DNA from: a virus
Taxonomy: Duplodnaviria; Caudoviricetes
Length of the DNA stretch: 44,014 nucleotides
Strand: one strand, 5' to 3'
IMG/VR virus record: IMGVR_UViG_3300010366_000005
Location: 1 to 44,014 of that record
The notes under the pieces are model-generated. The model made no database searches, was not told the origin of the DNA, and worked only from the letters and a program-made list of their open reading frames with translations. The position numbers were made by a program, and so were the translations under genes. Below, piece by piece: positions 8,603 through 19,051 of this stretch; position 1 is the stretch's first letter; each line of letters opens with the position of its first letter.

Positions 8603-10711
8603 TTACCGCACAACACGCCAATTGATCGTTGCCGCTGCCGGCGTTTGAGCCGTGTTTGAACAATACGCGAAGTTTACGTTGTTAGTGGTCGGCCACGCAA
8701 CCAGACCAGCATTTGATCCAGCGGGTGCCGCATTGAAGGCCCAGGTGATCGTGTCTGTAGTTGCAACTCCTGTCGCCGCTACCGTCACCGTAGTACCACA
8801 ATTGCCCGCCGTAATAGCTGCCGTGGTCATTGTGGCAGTGCCGGAACCAATAATCTGCGGAACGTTAAAGAAAGAACCGTTGTTGTAGCTGGACTTGAGG
8901 GTGTGCGATGTTGAGTCGGCATAAAGAGCTGTGGTCGAGCCTGCCGCACCGGAAGAAGTTCCCTCGTTGAATTGCATTGAGTGGTTGCCGGTAACAATTG
9001 CCGAGGTGCTGCCCCATTGGAACGGACAGCCACCAGAGCAGAGGGCGGTCCCGCCAGTCGCATTGATTGACGGCGGAGTGCCAACGATGGTGTTTACGCC
9101 AACCCCCAATGCAATACTTCCTTGTCTGTTCCGCTGCCATGTCGATTCTATCTCTTCACATCCCACGCCAGATCCACCGATTGACGAACCGTTATTATTA
9201 GACGTTGGCGCGACAGATGCCCCGGTGCAGGCCCGCCAGGTCGCACCATTATGTCCATTTACGAACAGCGGGGTACCGGGCCCGGTTAGCCCGGCCTCCG
9301 ATTGGATGCGCGTCATCTGGCAGCCGTTGATGTCAAAGCCAACTTGGTTGTTGGTCTGGACAGTGCCGCCCGATGAGTTGCCCAATCCAGATCCTGCTGT
9401 ATACTGCACGGTCAAGCCGGTTGCGGCAGTGAGCGTGAAGGTGCCATTGTAGCCGCCGACGCCAACGCCAGAAACCACAACCGATTGACCAACCGCGAAA
9501 GGAAATGTCTGGCCAGAGAAGGTCAACGTTACTGTCGTTCCGACTTCAGTTGCGGAGCTAATCGTGGGAGGGGATGCCTCAATGGTATTGGTCTCAAAGA
9601 TGTTGTTGCGGCAAGCACCAGCAATGTTGCCGGGGTTGATCGAGTTAAGTATCGTCGCGTTGCCACTCACGTCAATGTTGAAATAGTTTTCTGAGATCGA
9701 GCCGAAGGTATGCGACCCGTTGTCGGTGAACAACATCTGGAAACTGTCGGTAGAGCCACCTTTGCAAGTCGAGTTATACCAGCTATTCTGGTTCACCGCC
9801 TTGCCCGAGCCGTTAGCCTGATTCAGAAGGCATGCAAGCGTTCCCTGGAGCCCCTGGTTAACTTGCCAATTGATGAATGTGTTGTATTCGGCGCTGGAGT
9901 TCGAGGCGTCTGAGAGCGTGAAGCCTATGCCCGAGAAGTTGTAAATCTGCCCATTGCGGCCGCCACCACCCTGCACGCCATTGTAGACAATCCCGTTTGT
10001 ACCGACATTTGAGTTGCCCTGCGTGAAGTTGCAGCCATCGATGATGAAGCGTGAGGGGTCATTGACCGTGAGAAAGGTTGTATTAGTGCCTGCCGGAGTG
10101 TAGGTAATGGTTACGCCACCCGTGTTTTGGTTCACGTCTCCAGGTGTGAGGCAGTTCACAAGCACCGGATTTGCGGTAACAGGAGTATAGACAATTGAAG
10201 AGACAACCGTCTGCGACTTGGGAACGAATATCTGGCAGCCGGTTGTTATGGTCTGGCATGCGGTCAGAGCGCTCTGGAGAGTGGTTGAGGTACCGTCAAC
10301 AGTGATGACTGTCGGGCCCGTAGGAACGGTCAAATTGTAGCATTTGCCGGTAACATTTGGTCCGGACAAGCAATAGATATACGCGCCCGGCGAAAGCCAG
10401 AACCCGAAGTTGCCGAGACTGTCAGAGGTAGAGCTACAACCGCCGGCTCCGCCTGTATTGTTGGTGGGCGTAACCGGGAATCCGGAGGAGCACTGCGTCG
10501 AGAGAGTCGCATCAGTAAATGATTGCGCCTGGACAGAACAAGTCGTTCCGGTGATAGTAGCCGATCCGGCACAGAGAAAGACATTGACGTTTGCGATCGG
10601 CTTGCCCTGGCCATTGACAATCGGAGGAGCGTCGAAGCGGACTCCCTGGCTCTGCGCTATTGCGAGAACGGACAAAAGAAAGTAACCAAAGAAAAAGACG
10701 AGTGTCTTCAT
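8603..10711 (-). CDS. Tailspike/receptor-binding protein with N-terminal signal peptide
   Basis: ATG overlaps upstream stop (ATGA); MKTLVFFFGYFLLSVLAIA|QSQ; N-domain NGQGKPIANVNV...SDSLGNFGFW resembles spike head-binding domains; G/N/T/S-rich beta-helix-like body. Confidence 0.75.
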   Translation of the reverse strand: MKTLVFFFGYFLLSVLAIAQSQGVRFDAPPIVNGQGKPIANVNVFLCAGSATITGTTCSVQAQSFTDATLSTQCSSGFPVTPTNNTGGAGGCSSTSDSLGNFGFWLSPGAYIYCLSGPNVTGKCYNLTVPTGPTVITVDGTSTTLQSALTACQTITTGCQIFVPKSQTVVSSIVYTPVTANPVLVNCLTPGDVNQNTGGVTITYTPAGTNTTFLTVNDPSRFIIDGCNFTQGNSNVGTNGIVYNGVQGGGGRNGQIYNFSGIGFTLSDASNSSAEYNTFINWQVNQGLQGTLACLLNQANGSGKAVNQNSWYNSTCKGGSTDSFQMLFTDNGSHTFGSISENYFNIDVSGNATILNSINPGNIAGACRNNIFETNTIEASPPTISSATEVGTTVTLTFSGQTFPFAVGQSVVVSGVGVGGYNGTFTLTAATGLTVQYTAGSGLGNSSGGTVQTNNQVGFDINGCQMTRIQSEAGLTGPGTPLFVNGHNGATWRACTGASVAPTSNNNGSSIGGSGVGCEEIESTWQRNRQGSIALGVGVNTIVGTPPSINATGGTALCSGGCPFQWGSTSAIVTGNHSMQFNEGTSSGAAGSTTALYADSTSHTLKSSYNNGSFFNVPQIIGSGTATMTTAAITAGNCGTTVTVAATGVATTDTITWAFNAAPAGSNAGLVAWPTTNNVNFAYCSNTAQTPAAATINWRVVR

Positions 10712-11370
10712 AAGAGTGTTCTGTCGCCTCCGAGTTGGCCCCCACCCGAACCGCCCGATCCGGCATCGACGTTGGTGGTTCCGGCTCCACCGGGAATGGC
10801 GATGCCCTGTGATCCGGCGATCGAGCAAAGTGGGATGTGGCCTCTTAGCATTTGCTGTTGAGCGGCTTTGAAGTTTTGCGCCGTGTACGCCACGGCTGGA
10901 TTGCCGACCGAGACGCCAACTACTTGAGCAAAACGGATGGCTTGCAGCGATTCATCAAAGTATGGATAGAAGAAATATGTGACACCGCCGGTCAGGCCGG
11001 AAACCGCGAAGGGAGAGCCTGCTGGATTAGGACCGTATATTGTGCCGTCATCACGGCCGATGCGAAAGACTTGAGAGCCGCCAGAGCCGTCCCAGAGAAA
11101 GGTGATTGAACTGGAAACGCCATTTGAGACTACCGAGGTGATGATGGTGGTGGTGAGGGCTGAGGTGCGGGAGCCGGCTGAGATAATTTGTGAGCTGGTT
11201 GGGTCGATCTGCTTATTCTGGAGTGCCTGGAGACCGCTATTGCCGGGCGGATTGATGCCCTGCGAAGTCAGCTGGTTGACAGCCGAGACAATCCAGGCCG
11301 CGAACTGGTTCTGCTCGTCGGTGTCGAAGCGAGGAGGTACGGACCAGGGCTTGAAAGGGCCGGCGGGCAT
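10708..11370 (-). CDS. Virion/tail protein
   Basis: Position in the late operon; beta-rich, SGLTGGVTYFFY. Confidence 0.7.
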   Translation of the reverse strand: MPAGPFKPWSVPPRFDTDEQNQFAAWIVSAVNQLTSQGINPPGNSGLQALQNKQIDPTSSQIISAGSRTSALTTTIITSVVSNGVSSSITFLWDGSGGSQVFRIGRDDGTIYGPNPAGSPFAVSGLTGGVTYFFYPYFDESLQAIRFAQVVGVSVGNPAVAYTAQNFKAAQQQMLRGHIPLCSIAGSQGIAIPGGAGTTNVDAGSGGSGGGQLGGDRTLL

Positions 11371-13749
11371 TTATTTCTTTCCTCTCATTTTCAGCGCCTC
11401 CTGAAAGACTTGGCGCTTTTGGTCGAGTGTTAGTTCAGCGAAGGACTTGCCAAAGAGTTTTTGGGAGGCCGCCTCGTTGAAGTCCACGGAGCCACCACGG
11501 AGTGCGCTCTCTTGATGAATGCGATCGACAATCTGCTGGATGCGCTCTGGGGTCATGTCTTCAGCGCCCAGCTTGCCGCCTTTGCCGAAACCAGCCTTTG
11601 ACGGCCCGACTCCACCACCGCCCCGCGCAATCTCGCTTTCCGTCTGACCTTCGACAACCTGCTGTTGCTTGATACGATCCGCGAGAGCCTGACGCGCTTC
11701 TGGAGGCCAGTCTTCAATGCCGAATTTGCCGCCCTGGCCGAAACCCGTCCTCGCTGGGCCGGGAGCATAGGGATTTTCGGGACCGCGCACGCCAGCTGAT
11801 TGAGCGCGACGGATTTGTTCGGCTACGTCTTGGGCGCCGCCTGAGACGGATGGAGCCGCTTCTTGGGTCGGCACCACACCCCTCGCTTGTCCCTGGAGCC
11901 GAATCGCTTCTTCCGCCGCTTTGCCCTCGTCTACACCGACATTCTCGACTGCCTGGCGGGCGCGCGCGAGCGCCTCGGTCTTCGTCATCTTGAACTGGTC
12001 TATCAGCGTTCCGGCAACGTTCTGGACAGTCTGGAATTTGGGATCGGAGGCGGATGCTGCGGCAGCTCGAGAGAGTGGCTGGCGCGTCTCCTGAAGAGAC
12101 GGTATCTCGCCGGTTGGCTCATAGGGCTGGGCCTTCATTGCGGCTGAGACACCGCTGGCGAGAGGCGGCGCTCCACCAACCCGCTCGAGAGCGCGTACTG
12201 CGGCAATGCGAGAGGCGAGAGAACCGGCTTCAGATGCGCCGATCAGCCCGCCCAACCAAGGAGCGCCGACAGCCGAACCGAGCAGACGCCCACCAAAGAA
12301 GCCGGCCGTACCGAGTACCGGGTGCTGGGCCATCACCTTCATTTTGCCCATGAAGCCCATGCCGGTACCCTTGGCGTAGTCGTGGAGTCCCGTGTAGTCA
12401 CGCTCCAGCTTGTCGAAGTAGCCCTTGGGGAGACCGGCGGCTTCGAGGTCCGCTTGGGCGTTGGCGATCTGGCCCTTGTATTTCGGGTTGCGGAGCGTGT
12501 CGAAAAAGTCTACACCGGTCTTCGCATTCTGGAGTTTTCCGAAACCGTGGGACGTGTCCTCGTAATTGAGGAGCGTCTTCCAGAGCGAGTCGTGAGAATT
12601 GTACTGGTCGAGCTGGCCGATCTCTTCCGCGCGATCCGCGCCCTTCTCCTTAAGCGACTTGTAAAGAGAATCGAGAGCGCCACGCTCGGGAGATCCCTCG
12701 GGGGACTTTGCCATTAGCCGCCCCACATCACGGCGTAATTCCATCAGCTCTCCGAGAGAGACGTTGCCGCCACGCGAGGTAATCGCGTCTACGGCAGCAC
12801 CGAAGCGCGGGCTGGCGAGAGCGGAACGCTCGCTGCCCAGCTTGAATTGCTCGGCGGTATCAGCAAGTTCCGGGGTCATATCAGCAAGCGATATAGTACG
12901 CTCGCCATTTCCGGCCACCATGTCCGCAGCCTTGAGACCGCGCTCGAGAGCGCCAACCCGCTTTGAGATGGTCTGGTGTGGGATTTCGAGAGTACGCGAT
13001 TGGGCTGTGTTAGCAGTAGCATCGAGAGTCCGGACAGCCGAAGTCTTCAGTTGCGGATCAAAGTAAGTACCCTTGATGCGGCCTGGCAGCTTGACGCCGC
13101 TCTCGATTACTTTCGGGAGTGCCAGCTGAGTTGCGAGACCGGTAAGCCCGCCAGCCGCGCCTTTCCAATTACCAGCCTGGACATCCTGGGATGCGGTCGA
13201 GAGCGTATTACCGAAGAGTGGCACAGCTTCAAGCGACTTACCACCAGCTTGGCCAATCGTATTGACAAACTCCTGCCAGTCGGCGGGCTTAATCAACGCC
13301 TTGAATTGCTCGGGACGCATCTTGCCGCTCGTCAACTGATCGACTGGATAACCCTTGGCGCGGAGTTGGTCGACAGCTCCCTGCTGGATGTCGCTCGATT
13401 CCCGAATGCCGGAATAAAGATGCGTCGGGATACTCTTGAGCATCTCGAGCGCTTCCGGGGCAGCCGTCAGTTGCGGCATCAGCGTGTTTAAAATCGAGCG
13501 GCCAGCCGAGGGAGACGTGCCGAGCGTGTGGGGGAGTAGGCGCTGCCAAGTCGGGAGAGCCTGTTCTTTTTGCTCAATCTGGGCGCGCGCTTCTTCGGCA
13601 GGCACGCCCCAAGCCTCTCCAAAGCGCTGGCCGAAGCCCGGCTGCTCCGGTTGATCCGCCGTCATTGCTGGGCCAACACCGGGAGGCAGCGCGGATTGAG
13701 ATTGGGCCTTGACAGACGGACCAACACCCGGAGGCAAGCCATCGAGCAT
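11371..13749 (-). CDS. Large internal virion (ejection-like) protein
   Basis: A/G/Q-rich, about 790 aa, hydrophobic Gly-rich segments; position as P22 gp16. Confidence 0.65.
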   Translation of the reverse strand: MLDGLPPGVGPSVKAQSQSALPPGVGPAMTADQPEQPGFGQRFGEAWGVPAEEARAQIEQKEQALPTWQRLLPHTLGTSPSAGRSILNTLMPQLTAAPEALEMLKSIPTHLYSGIRESSDIQQGAVDQLRAKGYPVDQLTSGKMRPEQFKALIKPADWQEFVNTIGQAGGKSLEAVPLFGNTLSTASQDVQAGNWKGAAGGLTGLATQLALPKVIESGVKLPGRIKGTYFDPQLKTSAVRTLDATANTAQSRTLEIPHQTISKRVGALERGLKAADMVAGNGERTISLADMTPELADTAEQFKLGSERSALASPRFGAAVDAITSRGGNVSLGELMELRRDVGRLMAKSPEGSPERGALDSLYKSLKEKGADRAEEIGQLDQYNSHDSLWKTLLNYEDTSHGFGKLQNAKTGVDFFDTLRNPKYKGQIANAQADLEAAGLPKGYFDKLERDYTGLHDYAKGTGMGFMGKMKVMAQHPVLGTAGFFGGRLLGSAVGAPWLGGLIGASEAGSLASRIAAVRALERVGGAPPLASGVSAAMKAQPYEPTGEIPSLQETRQPLSRAAAASASDPKFQTVQNVAGTLIDQFKMTKTEALARARQAVENVGVDEGKAAEEAIRLQGQARGVVPTQEAAPSVSGGAQDVAEQIRRAQSAGVRGPENPYAPGPARTGFGQGGKFGIEDWPPEARQALADRIKQQQVVEGQTESEIARGGGGVGPSKAGFGKGGKLGAEDMTPERIQQIVDRIHQESALRGGSVDFNEAASQKLFGKSFAELTLDQKRQVFQEALKMRGKK

Positions 13750-14903
13750 TACTTTGCTCCTGTTGGCGCCGGTACAAGTGTCCAACCTTTCGGGACAGCA
13801 TAACCCTTGGCGAGTGGATGGATCTCACCGGTAGCCGGGTTCTTGACGTAGCGCTGGACTTCGCCGGATCCGGGCTTCTGGGTTGCTGTCGCGCTTGGTG
13901 CTGCCCTCTTCGGAGTCGGCGGCTTACCAAACGGAGTCCCCGAGGGTTGAGTCGATTGGCCGCCCGGAGTCATCGGCTGGACCTGGGCGCCACCAGGACC
14001 GCCTACACCATAGAACTCCTTCCAGCCGAGTGACTGGAATACTTGATCGAAGAAGCCTTGGTCCTTGTTGAGAATCGCCGCGTTGAACTTGTCGGCATCG
14101 ACCTGAGTACGCTGGGTACCGACCTGGAGAAGAACCATGTTGCCTTCGTGGCGGACGTCTACACCAGCCGCTTGTAACATCTCGTCCATGCGGTTGTGGC
14201 GCTGAGCCTCGCCTAGCTTTGACCAGTCGAGATTGAGTAGCCCTTGCTGGAATGCGATACGGCCATTCGCCACCTTATCGCGGATCTGGTTGGCCTGCTC
14301 GCGGACATTGAGCATACCTTCGTGGTAAGAGGCCATGCCAGCAGCTTGAGCCGCGCCCGTCGCGCCACGCTCTCCGGTCTCGAGTAACTTCTGGCTCTCG
14401 CCGATACCGCCTTGGACGTCTTTGATCTGGCTGGCAAGCGCTTCCTTTTGCGCTCCCCAGCGCTCCAGGCCTGGGCCAAAGTAAGCCGATTGAATAGCCT
14501 GCCCAGGACGCGTTGCGGTTGCGAGTGCCACCAGAGCGCGAGCGACTGGATTATGCGGTTGCCATGCGACCGGAGGCGGGTTGCCGGCGAGGTCCGCATA
14601 CTTCTGAACAAGTCCCTTCTCGGGAATGAGCGAGTAGCCGGTCGAGGTGGTTTCTGGACCGTAGACATCGCTGCCGTAAAGTTTCTGCATCTGACCGGTC
14701 ACGCCGGGTAGCGCCTGTTGCTCAATTCCCTTGTTGAATTGCATCTGCTCGAGAAGCGGCTGGATAGCCTCGGATGACGAGAAGAGTTGCGGCGGCAACA
14801 CTGATTGCTGAGAGTTGAAGAGGCTGGCGATGTCGGGAGACTGGGCGGGCGGCTGCCCCGCCTGAATCTGGCGTACCGCATTAGCTACTGATTTATCATC
14901 CAT
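13749..14903 (-). CDS. Internal virion (ejection-like) protein
   Basis: Q/A/G-rich; podoviral position. Confidence 0.65.
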   Translation of the reverse strand: MDDKSVANAVRQIQAGQPPAQSPDIASLFNSQQSVLPPQLFSSSEAIQPLLEQMQFNKGIEQQALPGVTGQMQKLYGSDVYGPETTSTGYSLIPEKGLVQKYADLAGNPPPVAWQPHNPVARALVALATATRPGQAIQSAYFGPGLERWGAQKEALASQIKDVQGGIGESQKLLETGERGATGAAQAAGMASYHEGMLNVREQANQIRDKVANGRIAFQQGLLNLDWSKLGEAQRHNRMDEMLQAAGVDVRHEGNMVLLQVGTQRTQVDADKFNAAILNKDQGFFDQVFQSLGWKEFYGVGGPGGAQVQPMTPGGQSTQPSGTPFGKPPTPKRAAPSATATQKPGSGEVQRYVKNPATGEIHPLAKGYAVPKGWTLVPAPTGAK

Positions 14904-14907
14904 AAAC

Positions 14908-15609
14908 TTATGATGGCGGTGCGTGGAATGCCGCTAATCCGCCGCTACTCCCAAAGATACCGCTCATGATTTGATTAAAGGATTCGGCTGCGCTCGGTCC
15001 CTGCGTCGAGCCTGGAGCCGAGATGTTGCCGAAGAGTTGCGCCGGATTAAACAGACTGGCGATTCCGGCAAGTCCCTGCGCTCCCTGTAGCGATAAATTC
15101 TCGTTGTTGAAGAGTTGCTGGAGATATTGCTCGGCAAGGGATGAGCCCTGGGCCTGGTTCATGCTGCCGATCATCGCCGCTGTTGCGCCTGATGGAGTAC
15201 CGCCGTAACCTTGGGCCGCGAGTTGCTGGCGAGCGATCCCCTGCGCGTCCTGACCCTGCTTGACACCTTGCGTGAAAGCCTCGGATTGCTTCTGTTGGTA
15301 GAACGGCGAGCCCAGATTGGCGAACTGGCCGAAGACGTTACCAGCCTGGTTGCCGTATCCGAAAAGGTTCTGCATGAAAGCCGGGATGGCCTGTAAGCGG
15401 CTACTGGCGAGAAGATTGTTGAGGCCGGCGGCGCTGCGGGTCGCATCCTTGACGTTGGTAAAAGGATTGGGCAAATTACCGGGATTGCCGGGAGAGCCGG
15501 GGATAGGCGAGAAGTTCGGAGCTGGCGCCGGAGTGAATAGATTTGACGGCTGAAAGCCGCTCGATGGGCTTGAGCCCCATCCGGAACCAATAATCGGATT
15601 AGTTGCCAT
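14908..15609 (-). CDS. Internal virion (ejection-like) protein
   Basis: Q/G/A-rich, LAAQGYGG..SG motif as in DNA-transfer proteins. Confidence 0.65.
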   Translation of the reverse strand: MATNPIIGSGWGSSPSSGFQPSNLFTPAPAPNFSPIPGSPGNPGNLPNPFTNVKDATRSAAGLNNLLASSRLQAIPAFMQNLFGYGNQAGNVFGQFANLGSPFYQQKQSEAFTQGVKQGQDAQGIARQQLAAQGYGGTPSGATAAMIGSMNQAQGSSLAEQYLQQLFNNENLSLQGAQGLAGIASLFNPAQLFGNISAPGSTQGPSAAESFNQIMSGIFGSSGGLAAFHAPPS

Positions 15610-15612
15610 ATA

Positions 15613-16065
15613 TCACTCCAGCAGATTCGGCATTCTGAATGCGTTGCCCTGGTCGCGGAAAGATGATAGCCAGTCTTGCCAATCTGTGATTCCGGTGCCA
15701 CCGCTGTTATCACTTGCGGGTTGTGGCGGCTGATACGAATAGGCTCCTCCGCCGAGCGCCCGCTCAAGCAGCGACTGGCCCTGTGGAATGTCTTTGGCGT
15801 CGGTTGGGTTGAAAGTCAAATTGCCGCCGGGACGCTGGAGGAGACCGCCTGCGTAAGTAGCAAGGTTCTGGCGATAGGACTGGTCGAAGGGACCGCCCTC
15901 GGTCGCGCGCACAGTCTCCGGGCCTAAGATATTCGACTGGCCCAGAAATTGCTGTTGGGCCTGGACTGGAGGCGAAATCCACGGCGCGGTATTGCCGGTC
16001 GGGATGTATGGACCGCCACTGCCGCCGCCCATCATTACCTGAGCCGGATTGTAGTCAAGCATCAT
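15613..16065 (-). CDS. Putative virion protein
   Basis: ATGA overlap within the late operon. Confidence 0.65.
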   Translation of the reverse strand: MMLDYNPAQVMMGGGSGGPYIPTGNTAPWISPPVQAQQQFLGQSNILGPETVRATEGGPFDQSYRQNLATYAGGLLQRPGGNLTFNPTDAKDIPQGQSLLERALGGGAYSYQPPQPASDNSGGTGITDWQDWLSSFRDQGNAFRMPNLLE

Positions 16066-18584
16066 CGCGGTGGAGCTGCTCCAAATCCCAGCTGGATCGA
16101 GCGCAGCTGAAAGTTTTGCCCGGTACTTGACGGGAATTGTACACCGAAACGCAAACGGCGCCCCATGACGAAGTTTACGCCACCAATTCTAAAGAGCTCG
16201 GGAGAGGTGCGGAAGGGAGAGCCCGAGAGCAGAGACGGATTACCGCCGAGAGTTGCCGTGTCGTTGGCGCCGGGGGTCAACGCGAGGGTCAGCGGCGAGA
16301 CAAAGGTGTAGAAGTCATCATCAATGCCATCCACTGAGAAGGTCCAGCCCTGGAATGCGAGTTGCGACGGGTCTTGGTTGGTGGTAAACCGCACCCAGGA
16401 AGGACGCTTGATGATGAAAGCCGAATCGTTACCCCAGGCGTGCGTCTTGATATTGGCTCCCTTGACCTGGATCTCGGTGCCAAAGCCGGCCTGGAAGTCG
16501 GTGTCTTGGATTAGGTCGATAGAGCCGGTGAAGAGACGTACCAGGCCACCCTGCTCATAGACAGTCTCGAGAGAGTCGCAGCGGGGAATTTGATTACCGG
16601 CAACAATCGGGCCAGGCTGCAAGACAAACCAGCTCGGAGAGTTGGTTGCCATATCGAAAGTGAAGTAAGAGGGCGAGCCGTTGGATGCGAGTAGATCGAG
16701 GTCAAGCACCAGCAAGGTGTTGTTGTAAGAGAAGCCGTTGGCCGGTACTGCGAAGACCATCCAGTTGCGGTTCTGGGTATGGTAGTACTTAGCACGGACC
16801 AGAGACATCTGGCTTGACGAGATAGTCGAGAGAATGTCCTGCCAGGGACGGCCAATGTTACGAGGAGCGTAACGATCAGTAAACAGCCAGATTTCAGCAT
16901 TGGACGTCATCCAGATGACGCCGAGCGGAGTGATTGCAACAGCGAATGGATTGGCGCAGCCGAGAGAATAGGGAAGTTGCGAGATGGTCGCGCCCTGGGC
17001 CTGCGAGGTGGTAGTCGAGACCTGGTTGTCCGAGAGCAGCCCTGTAAGCCGGAACATATCCTCTTTGTCGGACCAGATAATGAGCGAGCCGGGAAGTTCG
17101 GCCATACCGTTGATTTGAGCGTTCTGGATAGGAAGCGTGACCTGGTTGAGAGGCGCGAAGGACTCTTGCGGCAGGCCAATTGAGGTCGTTTCCTGGTTGG
17201 AATAAAAGAATGCCTGGGGAGCGCCGGAGACACCGAAAACAATCAGACGGTTGCCGTATTGGTTCAGGTACTTGCCGATCGGAGGCGGCACGTTGTTGAA
17301 TTGGGCAGTCTCGGATGTAAATGGAAAGGATGGAGGCTCGGAGTTGGCGTTATCGAAAAACTGGAGCCCGGCAGCGACAAGGGTGGTCTGCGTCGGATCA
17401 AAGGCATTGCGCTGGACGCGGAAATAAGTCGCTTGGCCGTCGCCGGTAGCGTAGAGGCGGATGTTGGTTGCCGAGGGATCGTAGATTTGGAATTGTGCAC
17501 CAACCTGAGTGACGATACCGCCAAAGGTAGTAAGCTGGGTTGCCGATTGGACCGAAATGATGATATTCGCACTCGAAGAAGGATTGCCGGCGACCCAGAT
17601 GCGGCGGCCAATCCAGGCGGAGGTAAAAGCGGTGTTGGTCCCGGTGACGATGGTCGAGCCGTTAGTGGTGACGGTTCCGGCTTCAACCAGCGCCAGAACA
17701 CCGTTCTGGCCGGCATACTTGATGTACTGAGTCGCTGGGGATGGAGCACCAACATGTACCTTGTTAGCGTTCTCCCAGGCATAAGCATAGGAGCGTCCTG
17801 TGGATTTGGTGATGTTGACATCTACCGTCCCGGTCGGCGTAAGGAGAGAGGTGTTCTGGCCTAGCTGACTCCATGTCAAAGTTGCTGTACCCGAGCCGGT
17901 AAGAACCGTGAAAGTCCCGGTAAAGCTGGTATCGCCGACGGTGATGATGACATTGATGAAACCGATGCCATTACCGCCAGGAACCGTCAGCGCCGCGCCG
18001 AGTGTAACGGTAACGACATTCGAGATACGCTGGATGTTGGTAATGGTTTGGGATGAGCCAGCATTGATGGTGATTTGCGGCGAGGCGTCAGGCGAGTCGA
18101 GGCCGAAACTCTCAATGGTAAGAGCGTTGGCGCCACGGCCTGATTGCTTGATGATGCCGTTCATCTCATAGACGATGTTTTGCAGTACTTCGCGCGACCA
18201 TGGCCCGTTATAAGAAGAGGCCACGGTGGTCAGGTAGGGAGAGACACGCTTATTGAACGAGTAGTTCTGCGTGTCCCATGAGAAGAGTTGCCCCTGGGCT
18301 GTGGTGCCACTCATGTCCACCAGCAGATAAGACGAGAGGCCGGGAAGCGCGAAATTCTTCATGCTCGTTACTGGCAGATTGAGAGGCTGGTTAGCGGGAT
18401 TCAGGATCACATTTGAGAAGCGCGAGCGTTGTACATAGCCGAAAGCTCCGGAGAAACAATTCGCCGAGCCGGGAGCCCACATCTGCGGCTTACAGAGAGT
18501 CGGATCGGTATAACCGTTGTAGCCGAGAGAAAGTTGGACCAGCATCTCGGCAGGCGACTCTTTTGCTGGCGGCCGAACAGGCAT
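16062..18584 (-). CDS. Tail nozzle/stabilisation-like protein (P22 gp10 or T7 gp12 position)
   Basis: TGATG overlap start MPVRPP; propeller-like motifs (YGNRLIVFG, FFYSN, LGCANPFAVAITPLGVIW). Confidence 0.7.
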   Translation of the reverse strand: MPVRPPAKESPAEMLVQLSLGYNGYTDPTLCKPQMWAPGSANCFSGAFGYVQRSRFSNVILNPANQPLNLPVTSMKNFALPGLSSYLLVDMSGTTAQGQLFSWDTQNYSFNKRVSPYLTTVASSYNGPWSREVLQNIVYEMNGIIKQSGRGANALTIESFGLDSPDASPQITINAGSSQTITNIQRISNVVTVTLGAALTVPGGNGIGFINVIITVGDTSFTGTFTVLTGSGTATLTWSQLGQNTSLLTPTGTVDVNITKSTGRSYAYAWENANKVHVGAPSPATQYIKYAGQNGVLALVEAGTVTTNGSTIVTGTNTAFTSAWIGRRIWVAGNPSSSANIIISVQSATQLTTFGGIVTQVGAQFQIYDPSATNIRLYATGDGQATYFRVQRNAFDPTQTTLVAAGLQFFDNANSEPPSFPFTSETAQFNNVPPPIGKYLNQYGNRLIVFGVSGAPQAFFYSNQETTSIGLPQESFAPLNQVTLPIQNAQINGMAELPGSLIIWSDKEDMFRLTGLLSDNQVSTTTSQAQGATISQLPYSLGCANPFAVAITPLGVIWMTSNAEIWLFTDRYAPRNIGRPWQDILSTISSSQMSLVRAKYYHTQNRNWMVFAVPANGFSYNNTLLVLDLDLLASNGSPSYFTFDMATNSPSWFVLQPGPIVAGNQIPRCDSLETVYEQGGLVRLFTGSIDLIQDTDFQAGFGTEIQVKGANIKTHAWGNDSAFIIKRPSWVRFTTNQDPSQLAFQGWTFSVDGIDDDFYTFVSPLTLALTPGANDTATLGGNPSLLSGSPFRTSPELFRIGGVNFVMGRRLRFGVQFPSSTGQNFQLRSIQLGFGAAPPR

Positions 18585-19042
18585 CAGGCTCCGATGTACT
18601 CCAGTTTGATGTGGACTGCGTACTGCATCGAGGTTGCGCCGGAGGTGGCGTAGCCGGTAGTCGTGTAGTTGATGTTGGTACCGCCCTTGGCTGCGACGAC
18701 TACCGTACCTGACGGGCCGGAGGTGGCCTGGGCGGAGTTTGCGCCTACTGCCGGATTGGCGGCAAGGCCGGTATTTGCCGAGCACTGGATGGTTTGAGCC
18801 GCGCCGCCATCGAATGTGGTCAACACCACGTTAGCGACAGCTAGAGTTGATGTGGTGGTGGCTTGCTGAGTCACTTCAGCGTAGGCGATGACACGGTAGA
18901 AGCCGCCATTGTTCTGCGGTACCGTGTAGAGCAGAGTGGACGAGATATTCGCGCCTTGAGCAAGAGCGTCGGCGCGAGCGACAAAAACGGAATCACCGCT
19001 CCCGACAAGTCCCTGCGCGGTTACTGCATCAATTTGTGGCAT
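18584..19042 (-). CDS. Virion beta-rich protein
   Basis: T/A-rich ORF in the late operon. Confidence 0.7.
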   Translation of the reverse strand: MPQIDAVTAQGLVGSGDSVFVARADALAQGANISSTLLYTVPQNNGGFYRVIAYAEVTQQATTTSTLAVANVVLTTFDGGAAQTIQCSANTGLAANPAVGANSAQATSGPSGTVVVAAKGGTNINYTTTGYATSGATSMQYAVHIKLEYIGA

Positions 19043-19051
19043 ATTCTAACC

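Noticed and set aside
10712-10828. Arg-rich upstream extension of the spike ORF
   Set aside because: Lies within the upstream gene in another frame; the coupled ATG at 10711 is preferred.
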